60,600 nucleotides of DNA. Source: a virus (taxonomy: Duplodnaviria > Caudoviricetes). The notes below the pieces were generated by a model. That model was not told the origin of the DNA and did not search any database. It worked only from the letters and a program-made list of their open reading frames with translations. Position numbers and translations under genes: made by a program. The stretch is taken from positions 1 through 60,600 of IMG/VR virus record IMGVR_UViG_3300033402_000013; one strand, written 5' to 3'. Shown piece after piece: positions 46,430-55,973 of this stretch (position 1 is the first letter of the stretch; each line of letters begins with the position of its first letter).

Positions 46430-46800
46430 CAGCAACCATACCTTCTGTAATCCTCACGCTTACGTGCTCGATAGGCCTCAACACAAACCGTGCAGCGGCA
46501 ACCAGCCCGATACAATGTCGCCGAACCATGCTTGATCGCAGAACGACGGTCATCGGCAGTTTTGATCTTATGACATGGAATGCAAAGCCATTGGCACTTC
46601 GCGAGCTCGATGGCTCGTCTTGGCTCAGACCATGACCAAATGTCGTGCGAGACCTTCTTCATCGGTTCGATGTGATCAAGCTCTAGTGGCCCAGCAGCTC
46701 CACACTTTGCACAGACCTTGCCTGCAACAGCTTCGGCCCGTCTCTGAGCTTTCCACCGCCGTTTGTAGTCTCGGTTCTTTTCTCGATCCTTGAACGGCAT
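46429..46800 (-). CDS. HNH endonuclease
   Basis: CAKCG...LELDHI...KCQWLCIPCHKIKT plus HG...YRAGCRC..C. Confidence 0.88.
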   Translation of the reverse strand: MPFKDREKNRDYKRRWKAQRRAEAVAGKVCAKCGAAGPLELDHIEPMKKVSHDIWSWSEPRRAIELAKCQWLCIPCHKIKTADDRRSAIKHGSATLYRAGCRCTVCVEAYRARKREDYRRYGC

Positions 46801-46810
46801 CTGATCACCA

Positions 46811-47037
46811 AAAGGTCACGGAGGTAAGAGCTAGGCTTTCCCGTTCTTTGACTCCACGTCTACAGCCGATCGGATCGCGAGTTCAATCAGCTGTAACCGC
46901 TCCTCCGTGACGAAACAAACGGACCACTAGCACGCGGCGGATCGCCGTGGTCCAGGACCTTGCCTCTCATCCGTCCGCTGTATGCATCAGCTGCAACGGA
47001 ATCCGCCTGGCTGACAGTCCCTAAGCCCTTGCGGGCT
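46811..47037 (-). ncRNA. Candidate structured RNA between the SSB and HNH genes
   Basis: Nested stems 46815-46824/46902-46911, 46861-46870/46886-46895 (G-U on the minus strand) and 46921-46927/46947-46953, plus a GCAA-tetraloop hairpin at 47024-47037. Confidence 0.45.
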
Positions 47038-47884
47038 ATTCGAGCTCGACCTCGTCATCGAAGAGGTCATCCTCCGCTGTGCGCTTGTTGCCCGGAGGAG
47101 TCGATGGGGTCTCCTCGACATCGATCACGCTAGCGCCGTCGATGTCATCGTCAGAGCCTTTCTTGCTCTTGCCTTCGTAGCTGCGAGCATCGCCCCACAC
47201 GTCCCGAGGATCTTCACCCTCGAGCAAGCGCTCCTGCTGGTCTTCGTTCGGCAAGCGGATCTGCCGGCGAAGGTCTTGCTGGTTCTCGATCCAGTCCATG
47301 TTCGCCAGCGGGCCGACAGTCCGGCTCGGGATCAGCGTGTACGTCGTGTCGTCCTTGCCGGTGCCGACACGCTTGACGACGATGTTGAACCCTTTGATCG
47401 GGTCCAAGAAGTTGCCACCACCGTCATCGTCCTCGCGGATAGCCTTGAGCTGCTGGAAGACCTTCGAGCCGAAGGTCCAGATCTGGACCTTGGCCGTGAC
47501 GTCCTTCGGGCTGACGATCACGTTCGCCATGATGCGCTTCTGTGGCCGAAGCTGCTTGGCCATCTTCTCATCACGAGCGTTGCCACTCGTCTCGAGCACG
47601 TCGGCACGCTTGCAGCTCATGCACGGCTTCTGCGCATGCTGACGAGGGCAGCAGAAGATGATCTGCCGCTCGACGCCAGGCATGCGGATGAAGTGTTGGT
47701 ACTGGATCACGAACGGACTCGGCCACCCCACCTTCGGGGGCAGGAACCGCACGGATGTGTTGCCGACGGGTGCCTTCCAGAAATCTCCTCCCGTGGAGAT
47801 CTCCTTGGCCTCTTTCTCCATCTGCTCGGGGGTCCACTCGCCGTACGTAGCGAGCGCTTTGGTCTCTTCCTTCTGCTTTGCCAT
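47036..47884 (-). CDS. Single-stranded DNA-binding protein (T4 gp32-like)
   Basis: FWK..VRFLPP, H...CP..C..C zinc site, DP..G.N....G.G..T.Y, acidic C-terminal tail. Confidence 0.85.
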   Translation of the reverse strand: MAKQKEETKALATYGEWTPEQMEKEAKEISTGGDFWKAPVGNTSVRFLPPKVGWPSPFVIQYQHFIRMPGVERQIIFCCPRQHAQKPCMSCKRADVLETSGNARDEKMAKQLRPQKRIMANVIVSPKDVTAKVQIWTFGSKVFQQLKAIREDDDGGGNFLDPIKGFNIVVKRVGTGKDDTTYTLIPSRTVGPLANMDWIENQQDLRRQIRLPNEDQQERLLEGEDPRDVWGDARSYEGKSKKGSDDDIDGASVIDVEETPSTPPGNKRTAEDDLFDDEVELE

Positions 47885-47965
47885 CTGATCGTCCTGTGTT
47901 TGAGGTTCTGTGCTTACTGGTCTTCTAGATCTGGGTTCGTATTCCTACCACAATCGTCTGACAGC

Positions 47966-48439
47966 CTAGGTCTGTTCTGTCTCGCCGACGCCACGAAAGC
48001 CTTGCGTGCCAGCTAGTTCGGCACGCGCGAGGTTCACCAGCGAGACGAGGTTCTCACGCTTGGCTCGCAGCGCGTCGCAGACAGCTCGCAGCTGTTCGCG
48101 CTCGTGCTCGGCTTCGAGCAGGTTCGCGCGAGCGTCCTGCACGCTGGATGACTCGAGGATCTTCGCGTCGAGCAAAGCCTCGGTCACCTTATGGCCGAGG
48201 TCGGTCATCGTCTCGCGGATCATCAGGTACTCGGCTGAGCGGACATCCTCGAGCGCCATCTTCGCAGCAAGCATCTTGCGATGCGCAGCTGCAAACTGAA
48301 ACCCGTAGTGGGCTAGGTCCGCTGGCAGTCGTTCGAGCTCGTGGCGGAGATCTCCACCGTTGATGTGCACTGAGTCGCGTACGTGCTGGACATGATCTTC
48401 GATGTCTGATGCTTTGAATGCGTCGTCAAGTTTGCTCAT
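47966..48439 (-). CDS. Putative recombination mediator (UvsY-like)
   Basis: Helical 157 aa (IN..DL..EL...P, KVTEALLDAKI) next to the SSB gene. Confidence 0.55.
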   Translation of the reverse strand: MSKLDDAFKASDIEDHVQHVRDSVHINGGDLRHELERLPADLAHYGFQFAAAHRKMLAAKMALEDVRSAEYLMIRETMTDLGHKVTEALLDAKILESSSVQDARANLLEAEHEREQLRAVCDALRAKRENLVSLVNLARAELAGTQGFRGVGETEQT

Positions 48440-48442
48440 GCC

Positions 48443-49012
48443 TCAAGCCTTCCGAAAGTTCCGATGCATTTCCGACGCCTGTGGCTTCTGATCTTTGATC
48501 GTGTACTTCGCGTTAGGCTTGTTGAAGTACATCATGAGAGGCACAGCGCTGGGCGTGAACCAAAGCAGCTGCCCGACTGGCATGCCCGCGTAGACACGTA
48601 GCGGCTTGACGACAGTGATCTCCATCGTCCAGTGGTTGCAGAAGCCGATGTCGCCTTTGCCAGCAGTCACGTGAATCGACATACCCAAGCGTCCGAGCGA
48701 GGACTTCCCCTCGAGGAAAGGTACATGGCGATGAGACTCGGTGTACTCGGTCGTCGAGCCGAGGTACAGCTCGCCAGGCTTGAGCACGAAGCCTTTGTCC
48801 TCGATCTTGTGCGGGACAGTCTCTCGAGCTTGGCGAACGTCGAGAGGCAATGGCTCATAGAGCCGATCGTTGATCAGCTCCTTGTAGGTCAGCAGTGTGT
48901 CACCGAGGTGGACGTCATAGCTGTTGGTCCCTAGGCTCGAGGGATCGAACGGGTCGATGACGATGTCACCAGTCTGCACTGCGACAAGAATGTCTCTGTC
49001 TACAAGGATCAT
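48443..49012 (-). CDS. dcd: dCTP deaminase
   Basis: NSYDVHL, EGKSSLGRLG, HVTAGKGDIGF..WTMEI, GMPVGQL. Confidence 0.94.
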   Translation of the reverse strand: MILVDRDILVAVQTGDIVIDPFDPSSLGTNSYDVHLGDTLLTYKELINDRLYEPLPLDVRQARETVPHKIEDKGFVLKPGELYLGSTTEYTESHRHVPFLEGKSSLGRLGMSIHVTAGKGDIGFCNHWTMEITVVKPLRVYAGMPVGQLLWFTPSAVPLMMYFNKPNAKYTIKDQKPQASEMHRNFRKA

Positions 49013-49242
49013 AGGTTGATCTCGACTATGCGGCGGGCGGCCCACTTCGAACGCAATGCATCGATAGCATCTTCACGTGTCAGACCGTAAGACCTAATCG
49101 AGTCGATTGCCATGTCTCCTCTAAGCCTGGCGGTGGCCAGCCAGCGTTTGAGCTTCCAGCGCCATGGTCTGTAGACGAAGATCTCGCCGACGTGGGGGTC
49201 CACGACGATCTCTGGCGGAGGTCTGTTGCGGTTCCGCTTCAC
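49009..49242 (-). CDS. Hypothetical protein
   Basis: Coupled 77 aa basic ORF. Confidence 0.45.
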   Translation of the reverse strand: MKRNRNRPPPEIVVDPHVGEIFVYRPWRWKLKRWLATARLRGDMAIDSIRSYGLTREDAIDALRSKWAARRIVEINL

Positions 49243-51818
49243 AGCGAGCTCGCTCTCAACGCCTCTGCGGCCCAGCGCACCTGAGCATCAGCGAAGCGCT
49301 CGCCGTGTTTGATCTTACGCAGTGAGCCCCAACGATCCCCCGCTTTCGCATCGACTACAAGGGGAACGCCCCAGCAATCGAACGAGGTCATGATGCGTGT
49401 GCTGTTCTCGATGACCTCGTCGACAGCCTCGGGCTCCACGTCGAGAATGATGGAGTCGTGCACCGTGTTGACGATCTCAGCAGGCACGCAGTTGTCATCA
49501 ATCCAGTCGTGGATCTTCGGTATCGCTGCCACGGTGTACATAGCAGCGCGGCCTTGGATCGGAGTGTTGATGCTTGAGTTCTCCGCGTTCTGTTTCTTGT
49601 AGTCGTCATGTCCGCCAACCTCGAGCAGCGGCCGGACATGGTGCGCACCATCGAACCACGGGATCTCTACGTGGCCAGTGCTCCGCACGTTGTAGAGCAT
49701 CCGCTTGATCATGGCGGCGAGCTTCTTGAATCGTCCTAGGATCGCTTGACGGACGGCTGCGGCCTCTTGCACCGAGCAGCCGAGCTGCTGAGACAAGCCG
49801 TAGTCGGTCTTGCCATAGAGCAGGCCGAAGTTGACCGTCTTCGAGTAGCTGCGCTCGAACTCCCCGACAGCGTCCTCGGTTTTGTTCCACACCACTTTGC
49901 TGATCAGCTGAGCGGTGCGCAGATGGTAGTCGAGGTTGGACTTGTAGATGGCGATCATCTCTGGATCGCCAGACATGCCGGCAGCCACACGAAGCTCGAT
50001 CTGACTCTGGTCGAGCTCTACGAGGATGCGGCCTGGACTCGCGATGAAGCCGTCGCGGGCCATCTTCCCTTCGCGCGTCTCGGCTCGAGGGATGTTCTGC
50101 CCGTTCGGATTCTCACTCGAGATCCGCATGGTCTCTGTCCCGTCGAGGCGGAACGTCGGGTGAATGCGCCCGTCGGATAGGATGTGCTCGATCATCCCTG
50201 CTGCGTAGGTCCCGTCGAGCTTCTCGAGTCGTCGAAACTCTAGGATCTGATCCACGAACGGATGAAGACCTCGCATGTGCTCGAGGACGGACTTGTCAGT
50301 GCTCGGCTTGCCTCCGGCAGTCATCTCGGACGGCTTGAAGCCCAGATCCTTGAAGAGGACCTTGGCCACCTGATCAGGACTGTTCGGATTGAAGTCCTTG
50401 CCGTAGGTCTTGAACCCTTCGCGCAGCTCATCCAGCCCGATGTGTAGCGATGCGCTGAACGACTCGAACCCTTGCCGGTCGGCCTGGATGCCAACCCGCT
50501 CGATCCGTTTGAACGATCGGATCGCAGGCCTCATCAATGAGTCCCAGAGCTTCATCTCATGCGGAGCTGTGCGCTCGGTCCGCTCGCGCAGATGCAGTGC
50601 CACCGTTGCCGAGGCGAGCACGTCACGCCCGTTGTATCGCCAGAGCACGTTGTCCGGGATCAGACCGTAGGCGTAGTTCATCGCCGTGCCACCTGGAGCA
50701 CCAGCTCTGATCGCTTGCGAGCACCAGTGGCTGTGCGGTTTGTTGCCTGGTCGCTCCTTCTTCAGCCTCGTGTGCGCGATGGCCTTCTTCAGCGCGATCT
50801 GAGCTTCTTCCTTCGAGCCGCCCATGCCGACGAGCTCGGATGCGTAGTCGAGTCGACCCATCGAGGTCGGCTCGGCAAGCTTGTGAACGATCTGTGTATC
50901 GAGGGACACACGCTTGATGTCAATGCCGAGGCATTGCTCCGCCGCGATCGCATCGTACTTGATGTTCGATCCGGCAACGAGCTTGGTCTCAAGGAGACGT
51001 CGCAGGATTGCTCGTGCAGCAGGTTCTCGAAGCCCTTGCTCTGACCAGACCCACGCATCGGACTCGAGCGTGTCCATCACAGCAACGCCGGCACAGAGCA
51101 CGGTGAAGTCCTCACCATGCGGGATGCCAGCTGTCTCGACGTCGAACACGATCTCGTCGTACTCGTTGATCCGTTCGTACGCAGCCTCGGCATCATCGAC
51201 TGTGTCCACCACGTGGACGATCCCATCGAGGTGCGATGGTGTTGGTGCCGCAACGGTCAGTGCCCACTTGACGTCTTCCTCGTAGCGCTTGCGGATGAAT
51301 TTGTTCTGCAAGGCCTTGAGCGAGTCCTCGACGTAGAAGACAGGCACACCGCCACGGATCCATCCGTAGCCGCGACGGATGGAGTCCATGTCTGGCGATC
51401 GTCCGAGCAGGCCGAGGATGGCCCACGAGCCAACAGCGAGCACCCGCATTGGTTGCACGGTGTCGATGACGGAGGTCAGGAACGGTCTGCACTCCTTGAT
51501 CGGCTTGGCGGCGTCCTTCGACTTGGCCTTGCCAGGTGCAGAGCACTTGATCGCATAGTCGTATGCGACAGGACCTTGCCAGTACTTCTCGACAAGGCCT
51601 CGGACGTGAGCACCTGTTGGAGAAGCGAACGGCCTGGCAGCCCCTTTGATCGGGGTTTCCCCGACGACCAAGAGACCGCCAGGCTGTCCGTCAGCCTGAA
51701 GGCAAGCTCGTGGTCCAGCGGACCATGAGCAGCGAGTGCATGTGCCAGGTTCGAGCGGTAGAGCGAAAGCATCTACCGGAGCGATCGGTGGCCCCTGGTA
51801 CATCCTCAGATGCAGCAT
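49239..51818 (-). CDS. Family A DNA polymerase with N-terminal uracil-DNA-glycosylase-like and 3'-5' exonuclease domains
   Basis: CTRC...VVGETP..PF..AIKC..ECRPFL (family-4 UDG-like); FDVET exonuclease; DQSQIELR, KTVNFGLLYG, NTPIQG and VHDS polymerase motifs. Confidence 0.94.
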   Translation of the reverse strand: MLHLRMYQGPPIAPVDAFALPLEPGTCTRCSWSAGPRACLQADGQPGGLLVVGETPIKGAARPFASPTGAHVRGLVEKYWQGPVAYDYAIKCSAPGKAKSKDAAKPIKECRPFLTSVIDTVQPMRVLAVGSWAILGLLGRSPDMDSIRRGYGWIRGGVPVFYVEDSLKALQNKFIRKRYEEDVKWALTVAAPTPSHLDGIVHVVDTVDDAEAAYERINEYDEIVFDVETAGIPHGEDFTVLCAGVAVMDTLESDAWVWSEQGLREPAARAILRRLLETKLVAGSNIKYDAIAAEQCLGIDIKRVSLDTQIVHKLAEPTSMGRLDYASELVGMGGSKEEAQIALKKAIAHTRLKKERPGNKPHSHWCSQAIRAGAPGGTAMNYAYGLIPDNVLWRYNGRDVLASATVALHLRERTERTAPHEMKLWDSLMRPAIRSFKRIERVGIQADRQGFESFSASLHIGLDELREGFKTYGKDFNPNSPDQVAKVLFKDLGFKPSEMTAGGKPSTDKSVLEHMRGLHPFVDQILEFRRLEKLDGTYAAGMIEHILSDGRIHPTFRLDGTETMRISSENPNGQNIPRAETREGKMARDGFIASPGRILVELDQSQIELRVAAGMSGDPEMIAIYKSNLDYHLRTAQLISKVVWNKTEDAVGEFERSYSKTVNFGLLYGKTDYGLSQQLGCSVQEAAAVRQAILGRFKKLAAMIKRMLYNVRSTGHVEIPWFDGAHHVRPLLEVGGHDDYKKQNAENSSINTPIQGRAAMYTVAAIPKIHDWIDDNCVPAEIVNTVHDSIILDVEPEAVDEVIENSTRIMTSFDCWGVPLVVDAKAGDRWGSLRKIKHGERFADAQVRWAAEALRASSL

Positions 51819-51824
51819 CGTCTA

Positions 51825-52361
51825 TCAGGATGCCTGGCCTTCGAGCACGATCGTAGCAGCGCGATCGATGCGCTTGTCGAAGTCGCCACGCTTGTCGAGC
51901 TCGACAAGCACAGGCACGTGCGGCTTGATGTCCTTCGCAACCTTGAGCACAGCCTCTGGAGTCTTGTGCCCGGCTGCGATCACAGCCTCGACGACCGGCC
52001 GCAGCTTCTCGACCTTGGCTAGCGCCTCGATGTCGACACCATGCCAGTTCGATCGTGGCGTGGAGATCTCGTCATCGATAGGATCAGCTGGCGGTGCGGC
52101 TGGCTTGGTCTGCTTGACCTCGCCGTTGCTCACCTTGGCCGGCGCGGTAGCAGCAGCCGGCGTGGCCTCTGTCTCCTTGACCACTGCGCTCTGTAGCTGC
52201 TGGAGGATCTTCATGGCCTCATCGAACGCCAGGCCACGGATCGCGAGCACCGATGGCTCGTCACCGTCTGCGCTCATGAATGCCACCGATCGTTCTGTGC
52301 CTTTGATCTTGATGTGGCCGTCGAAGGATTTGAACTCGAACTTCTCTAGTACTGGATGCAT
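51825..52361 (-). CDS. Hypothetical protein
   Basis: 178 aa between primase and polymerase. Confidence 0.6.
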   Translation of the reverse strand: MHPVLEKFEFKSFDGHIKIKGTERSVAFMSADGDEPSVLAIRGLAFDEAMKILQQLQSAVVKETEATPAAATAPAKVSNGEVKQTKPAAPPADPIDDEISTPRSNWHGVDIEALAKVEKLRPVVEAVIAAGHKTPEAVLKVAKDIKPHVPVLVELDKRGDFDKRIDRAATIVLEGQAS

Positions 52362-53209
52362 GACCTTGCTTCGCTCCTAAGCCACTCTCGATCAACCGTG
52401 TTTGGATCTGTGCATGGTGGCAGCTGCACGTGACCTGTTAGTCTTCCGCTCAAGCGCAATCGTTCCGACAGCGCCCATCCTTCTTCATGAGCATCACCGT
52501 CTAAGCAGACAGCGATCGGCCTGGTGATGGCCTCGTCCTCGAGCAGATGCTTGTGGTTCTCTCCTGGCTTGCCTAGGCAAGCTACAGCATCCGGCCAGTA
52601 CGGCAACGCATCGAAGACACCTTCGACGATCAGGACTGGATCTGAGGTGTCTTTGTAGAGCGCGCCTTGGTTGTAGAGGAACCGCTCGCGCTGCATGCCG
52701 TACGGGTACTTGTATCGAAGCTCCAGTTTGTTGGTCCAATCACGCGCCGAGTATCCGAGCCAGGTCTCGCCGTCGAGATCGAAGCACGGCACGACGATCC
52801 GTCCTGCAAGCTTCCCGAAGACGCAAGCACCGATCCCTGCCGAGACGATTGTCCGACGGTCGATGCCTCGACGGAGCAGGTATTCTCGAGGCTCGGCCAG
52901 GAAGACCGAGGTCCATGCGTCGTCACTATCGAACGCCTCGAAGCCAGGCGGTGCGGTGAAGACAGCGTCGCCGTCTTCCTTCACCACAGGCTCGAAGCTT
53001 TGCATCACCGCTTCGTCGTCTGGCAAGCGCCCGCGTACACCACACTTGAAGCAGGAGAAGAACGAGATCGACGGCTTGATGCCCAACGATTGCCGACGAT
53101 CGGCCTTGCCCGTCGATTGCTCGCAGTAGGGGCAGTTCGCGCGGTACCAACCCTGGCCACCCTTACGAGCTCCACTAAGCGCACCGAGAGCTAGCGTCGG
53201 ATCTACCAC
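52346..53209 (-). CDS. DNA primase (Zn finger plus TOPRIM)
   Basis: CPYC...CFKCG, YLLRRGI, IVEGVFDA and CLDGDA. Confidence 0.9.
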   Translation of the reverse strand: MVDPTLALGALSGARKGGQGWYRANCPYCEQSTGKADRRQSLGIKPSISFFSCFKCGVRGRLPDDEAVMQSFEPVVKEDGDAVFTAPPGFEAFDSDDAWTSVFLAEPREYLLRRGIDRRTIVSAGIGACVFGKLAGRIVVPCFDLDGETWLGYSARDWTNKLELRYKYPYGMQRERFLYNQGALYKDTSDPVLIVEGVFDALPYWPDAVACLGKPGENHKHLLEDEAITRPIAVCLDGDAHEEGWALSERLRLSGRLTGHVQLPPCTDPNTVDREWLRSEARSCIQY

Positions 53210-54528
53210 GGCGTAGGCCTCGTGATGACTGCAATGCGCCCATGCTCCGGGTCCCATGGGATCGGCCCGACGTGAGTGTGTGCACCCTCGCCCTCGCGGC
53301 GCTTCGGTATCGAGAACCGAATCATCCCTTCGATCTCATCGTCCTCTGTTCGCCCGATGCCGATCACAAGGTCAGCGCTGCGGACTTTGTTCATCGAGTC
53401 GGCTACAGCATCGAGGCCGAGCCAGGACTTGCCAGTCGCTTGCCTCGTGCCTTGCGAGGCGGTCCATAGCCAACCATCGCGCTCGACGGCAATCGAGCGT
53501 AGGCTGTCGGCTACCAGCAGTTGATCATCGTACGCCTTGGTCTTGATGTTGACCCGCACCTTATCCATGAAGTCGACAGCGATCACTGTCGGGTTGAACG
53601 TCGGGTCCTCGCGACAAAATTCAATGATCTTGGTTCGTATGTCCTTCGGACTCGTAACAAGCGGGTCCATGTACACCACTCGAAGCTGGCCAAGTCCGCC
53701 AGCCTGAAGCATCGAGTAGCGCGAGCGAGCAAGCGCAGGGTCGATCGTAATCTCTGGCTGGGTCATCCCGACGAGGTTGCGGATGATGCGCCTCGTGGTC
53801 GCGATCTTCCCCAGCTCGAGGGTCACGTAGACGGCATCACGCTTGGCGAGCAGTGCCTCAACAGTAACGTGAGCAAGCATCAACGATTTGCCACTGCCAG
53901 TGCCACCGACGAGCAAGCCAAGCGCTGGCCGTTCAAGACCACCGCCGAGAGGCTGGTCGAGCTCGGTCACTCCGATCGGACAGGTCGGCTCGTCCTTCTT
54001 CTTTATCAGCACAGCGTCGTCGTTGATCATCGAGCTGAGACGGCCCGAGTCTTCCTCGCGGACGACACCGATCTTCGATACGCGCTCGAACTCGGACGCA
54101 GCTTGCTCTGGCGGAACGTTCTTCGCGAAGCTGTCGTTTGCCTTCTGAACGACTTCCTTGTAGTGCGATCGTTTGATGATGGGAGCTACGACACCGATAA
54201 GCTCCTGCGTGTTGATCGCAACAGCTTCGGCATCGATGAGGTAGTCGCGGCAACGCCGGACCTCTGCGCTCTCGATACTGCCCGACGCCGAGAGGTTGTT
54301 CAGTTGCTGGACGACAACGATCGACGAGGTTGGTCCGCCGCCTGTCATCGTGACTAGGATGCGCACTGTATCGAGGATCCGTTGCGCCTCTTTGTTCCGC
54401 ATGCGGCGCGGATCGATCGCGTAGCCGAGGCTTGCCCAGAACTTCGGTTCTGTACTCGCAGCGAGTGCGATGGCTTGCTCAATCGCCGGCTCGAGGAGGT
54501 AGACAGGAGGTGGTGGTGCTTCCTTCAA
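53203..54528 (-). CDS. Replicative DNA helicase (DnaB/SF4)
   Basis: LD..LGGGL, GGTGSGKS, YVTLE, VDFMD, WTASQ and ADS..K...AD. Confidence 0.92.
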   Translation of the reverse strand: MKEAPPPPVYLLEPAIEQAIALAASTEPKFWASLGYAIDPRRMRNKEAQRILDTVRILVTMTGGGPTSSIVVVQQLNNLSASGSIESAEVRRCRDYLIDAEAVAINTQELIGVVAPIIKRSHYKEVVQKANDSFAKNVPPEQAASEFERVSKIGVVREEDSGRLSSMINDDAVLIKKKDEPTCPIGVTELDQPLGGGLERPALGLLVGGTGSGKSLMLAHVTVEALLAKRDAVYVTLELGKIATTRRIIRNLVGMTQPEITIDPALARSRYSMLQAGGLGQLRVVYMDPLVTSPKDIRTKIIEFCREDPTFNPTVIAVDFMDKVRVNIKTKAYDDQLLVADSLRSIAVERDGWLWTASQGTRQATGKSWLGLDAVADSMNKVRSADLVIGIGRTEDDEIEGMIRFSIPKRREGEGAHTHVGPIPWDPEHGRIAVITRPTPW

Positions 54529-55826
54529 GTGGTGCCCTTGCGTGTCGGGTACAGAGCTAGCGGGTCATCGTACCCGAAAAGGATTTCTTGTCGTCGCATC
54601 TCGACGTATGCCGCATGCATGGTCATCGAGAAGCGGTTGGGCTCGCCTGAGTGGATGCGCTGTGCTTCTTCGTTACGGTGGGTCTGTTCGAGTACGAGAT
54701 GGTCAAGCTTCTGTGTTGCGATCGGGCGCTCGAAGTCCTTCTTGAAGTGCCCGCGCATTTTCGACACTGATTTTGCACTCATGATGATCAGCGGCGGAGG
54801 GGGCTTCGAAGCAAACTTCTCTGTGTTCTCTTTGAACCACGTCAGCCGCCAGATGGCCCAATGCTCGGGGACCATGGCGTGCTCGGCGATCATACGTCCG
54901 CAGGCAAGCCAACGATCGTAGTGCTTCATGCCGGGCTTGAGGCCTTTGGACCAGCCCCACCACTTGATCCCGTACACCTTGCGTACGGCTTGCCGATATG
55001 CTTCGAGGCAGACGTGCACCACGTGGTGATCAGGGTCTGTATGCTCTAAGACGACGAAGACGGGGTGTTGAGGTGGGAGAGGTTTGTCGATGGGCTTCCA
55101 CGGACAAGGACCTGGCTTTGGGATCAGGATAGGCCGAGGTGGTGGTTTGGACTCGACTAGGTCACACCATGCATCGCTAGCAGCGAGATCCTCTGGGGGA
55201 GGTGAAGAGAAATCCGCGAAGCGGACATCTTCTTTCAAGTACGAAGTACTGAAAGAAGATCCTATCTCCTTCTTAGGAGATATACAGAGAGCAGACTTGG
55301 CACTTAAAGATAGGGATCTAATGAACAAACCATGGCGGATCTCTAACGACCATTCCGGCCGCCAGTTGGTCTCTTCGTACAGCCTCGGAGCGAGTCCTTT
55401 GATCCTGATCAGGTCGCGCCGGATGCCGGCGCGGCACTGCTGCACGAAGTCCTCCCAAGCTTCTCGAGGGAAGCGGATCTTGTCGATGCCACTTCGGCGT
55501 GAGTACGATCCGGCGACGAAGTACCAGTTGCGTTCCTGTGATCGCCGGTAGTCGCCACCGATGCGCCGCATGACGATGTGCCTTTCGGTCGGCACGAGGC
55601 CTGCGTTACGTAGCGAAGCAAGAGCTCGCACGGCAGTCGAGTAGGACCCCAGGCGAGCGCGGCTTGCGAGCACTCGAAGGTCAGCCTTGAACCAGTCACC
55701 AGCGCTCGCGCATCGGTCGCGCTCACGCACGAGCACCTTCCACAGCGCGAGCGCGCTCGGTGGCAAGAGCCGGAGGTCACCCGCTGCCGGCTCGGTCAGG
55801 CCGTCAGCAGGTTGGTCGGCTAGCAT
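54525..55826 (-). CDS. Putative replication initiator (N-terminal winged helix)
   Basis: LRVLASRARLGSYSTAVRALASLRNAGLV wHTH; upstream of DnaB; internal AT-rich linker as in lambda O-type genes. Confidence 0.5.
   Translation of the reverse strand: MLADQPADGLTEPAAGDLRLLPPSALALWKVLVRERDRCASAGDWFKADLRVLASRARLGSYSTAVRALASLRNAGLVPTERHIVMRRIGGDYRRSQERNWYFVAGSYSRRSGIDKIRFPREAWEDFVQQCRAGIRRDLIRIKGLAPRLYEETNWRPEWSLEIRHGLFIRSLSLSAKSALCISPKKEIGSSFSTSYLKEDVRFADFSSPPPEDLAASDAWCDLVESKPPPRPILIPKPGPCPWKPIDKPLPPQHPVFVVLEHTDPDHHVVHVCLEAYRQAVRKVYGIKWWGWSKGLKPGMKHYDRWLACGRMIAEHAMVPEHWAIWRLTWFKENTEKFASKPPPPLIIMSAKSVSKMRGHFKKDFERPIATQKLDHLVLEQTHRNEEAQRIHSGEPNRFSMTMHAAYVEMRRQEILFGYDDPLALYPTRKGTT
55213..55320. other. 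Candidate replication origin: AT-rich cluster of three hairpins inside the initiator-like gene
   Basis: TCCGC-GAA-GCGGA; ATCTTCTTTC(A)AGTAC-GAA-GTACTGAAAGAAGAT; TATCTCCT-TCTT-AGGAGATA. Confidence 0.5.
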
Positions 55827-55973
55827 GGTGGGTTTGCAGATCTGCCATAACGGACGGGTACTGAACAAGAGCCTTGCGGTTCTAGGGTCGCGATTTTTTC
55901 GACCACACCATTAGTAGGGTCTGGCCATGAGGCCTCACATCGCACGAAGGCATTGCAGGCCATCCTTCGAGGT

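Noticed and set aside
46429-46800. IscB/HEARO-like RNA-guided nuclease
   Set aside because: Protein is only 123 aa with no RuvC or PLMP motifs; it looks like an ordinary phage HNH
46811-46915. tRNA or tmRNA call for the multibranch stem
   Set aside because: No TTCRA T-loop, D-arm consensus or CCA; kept only as an unassigned RNA candidate
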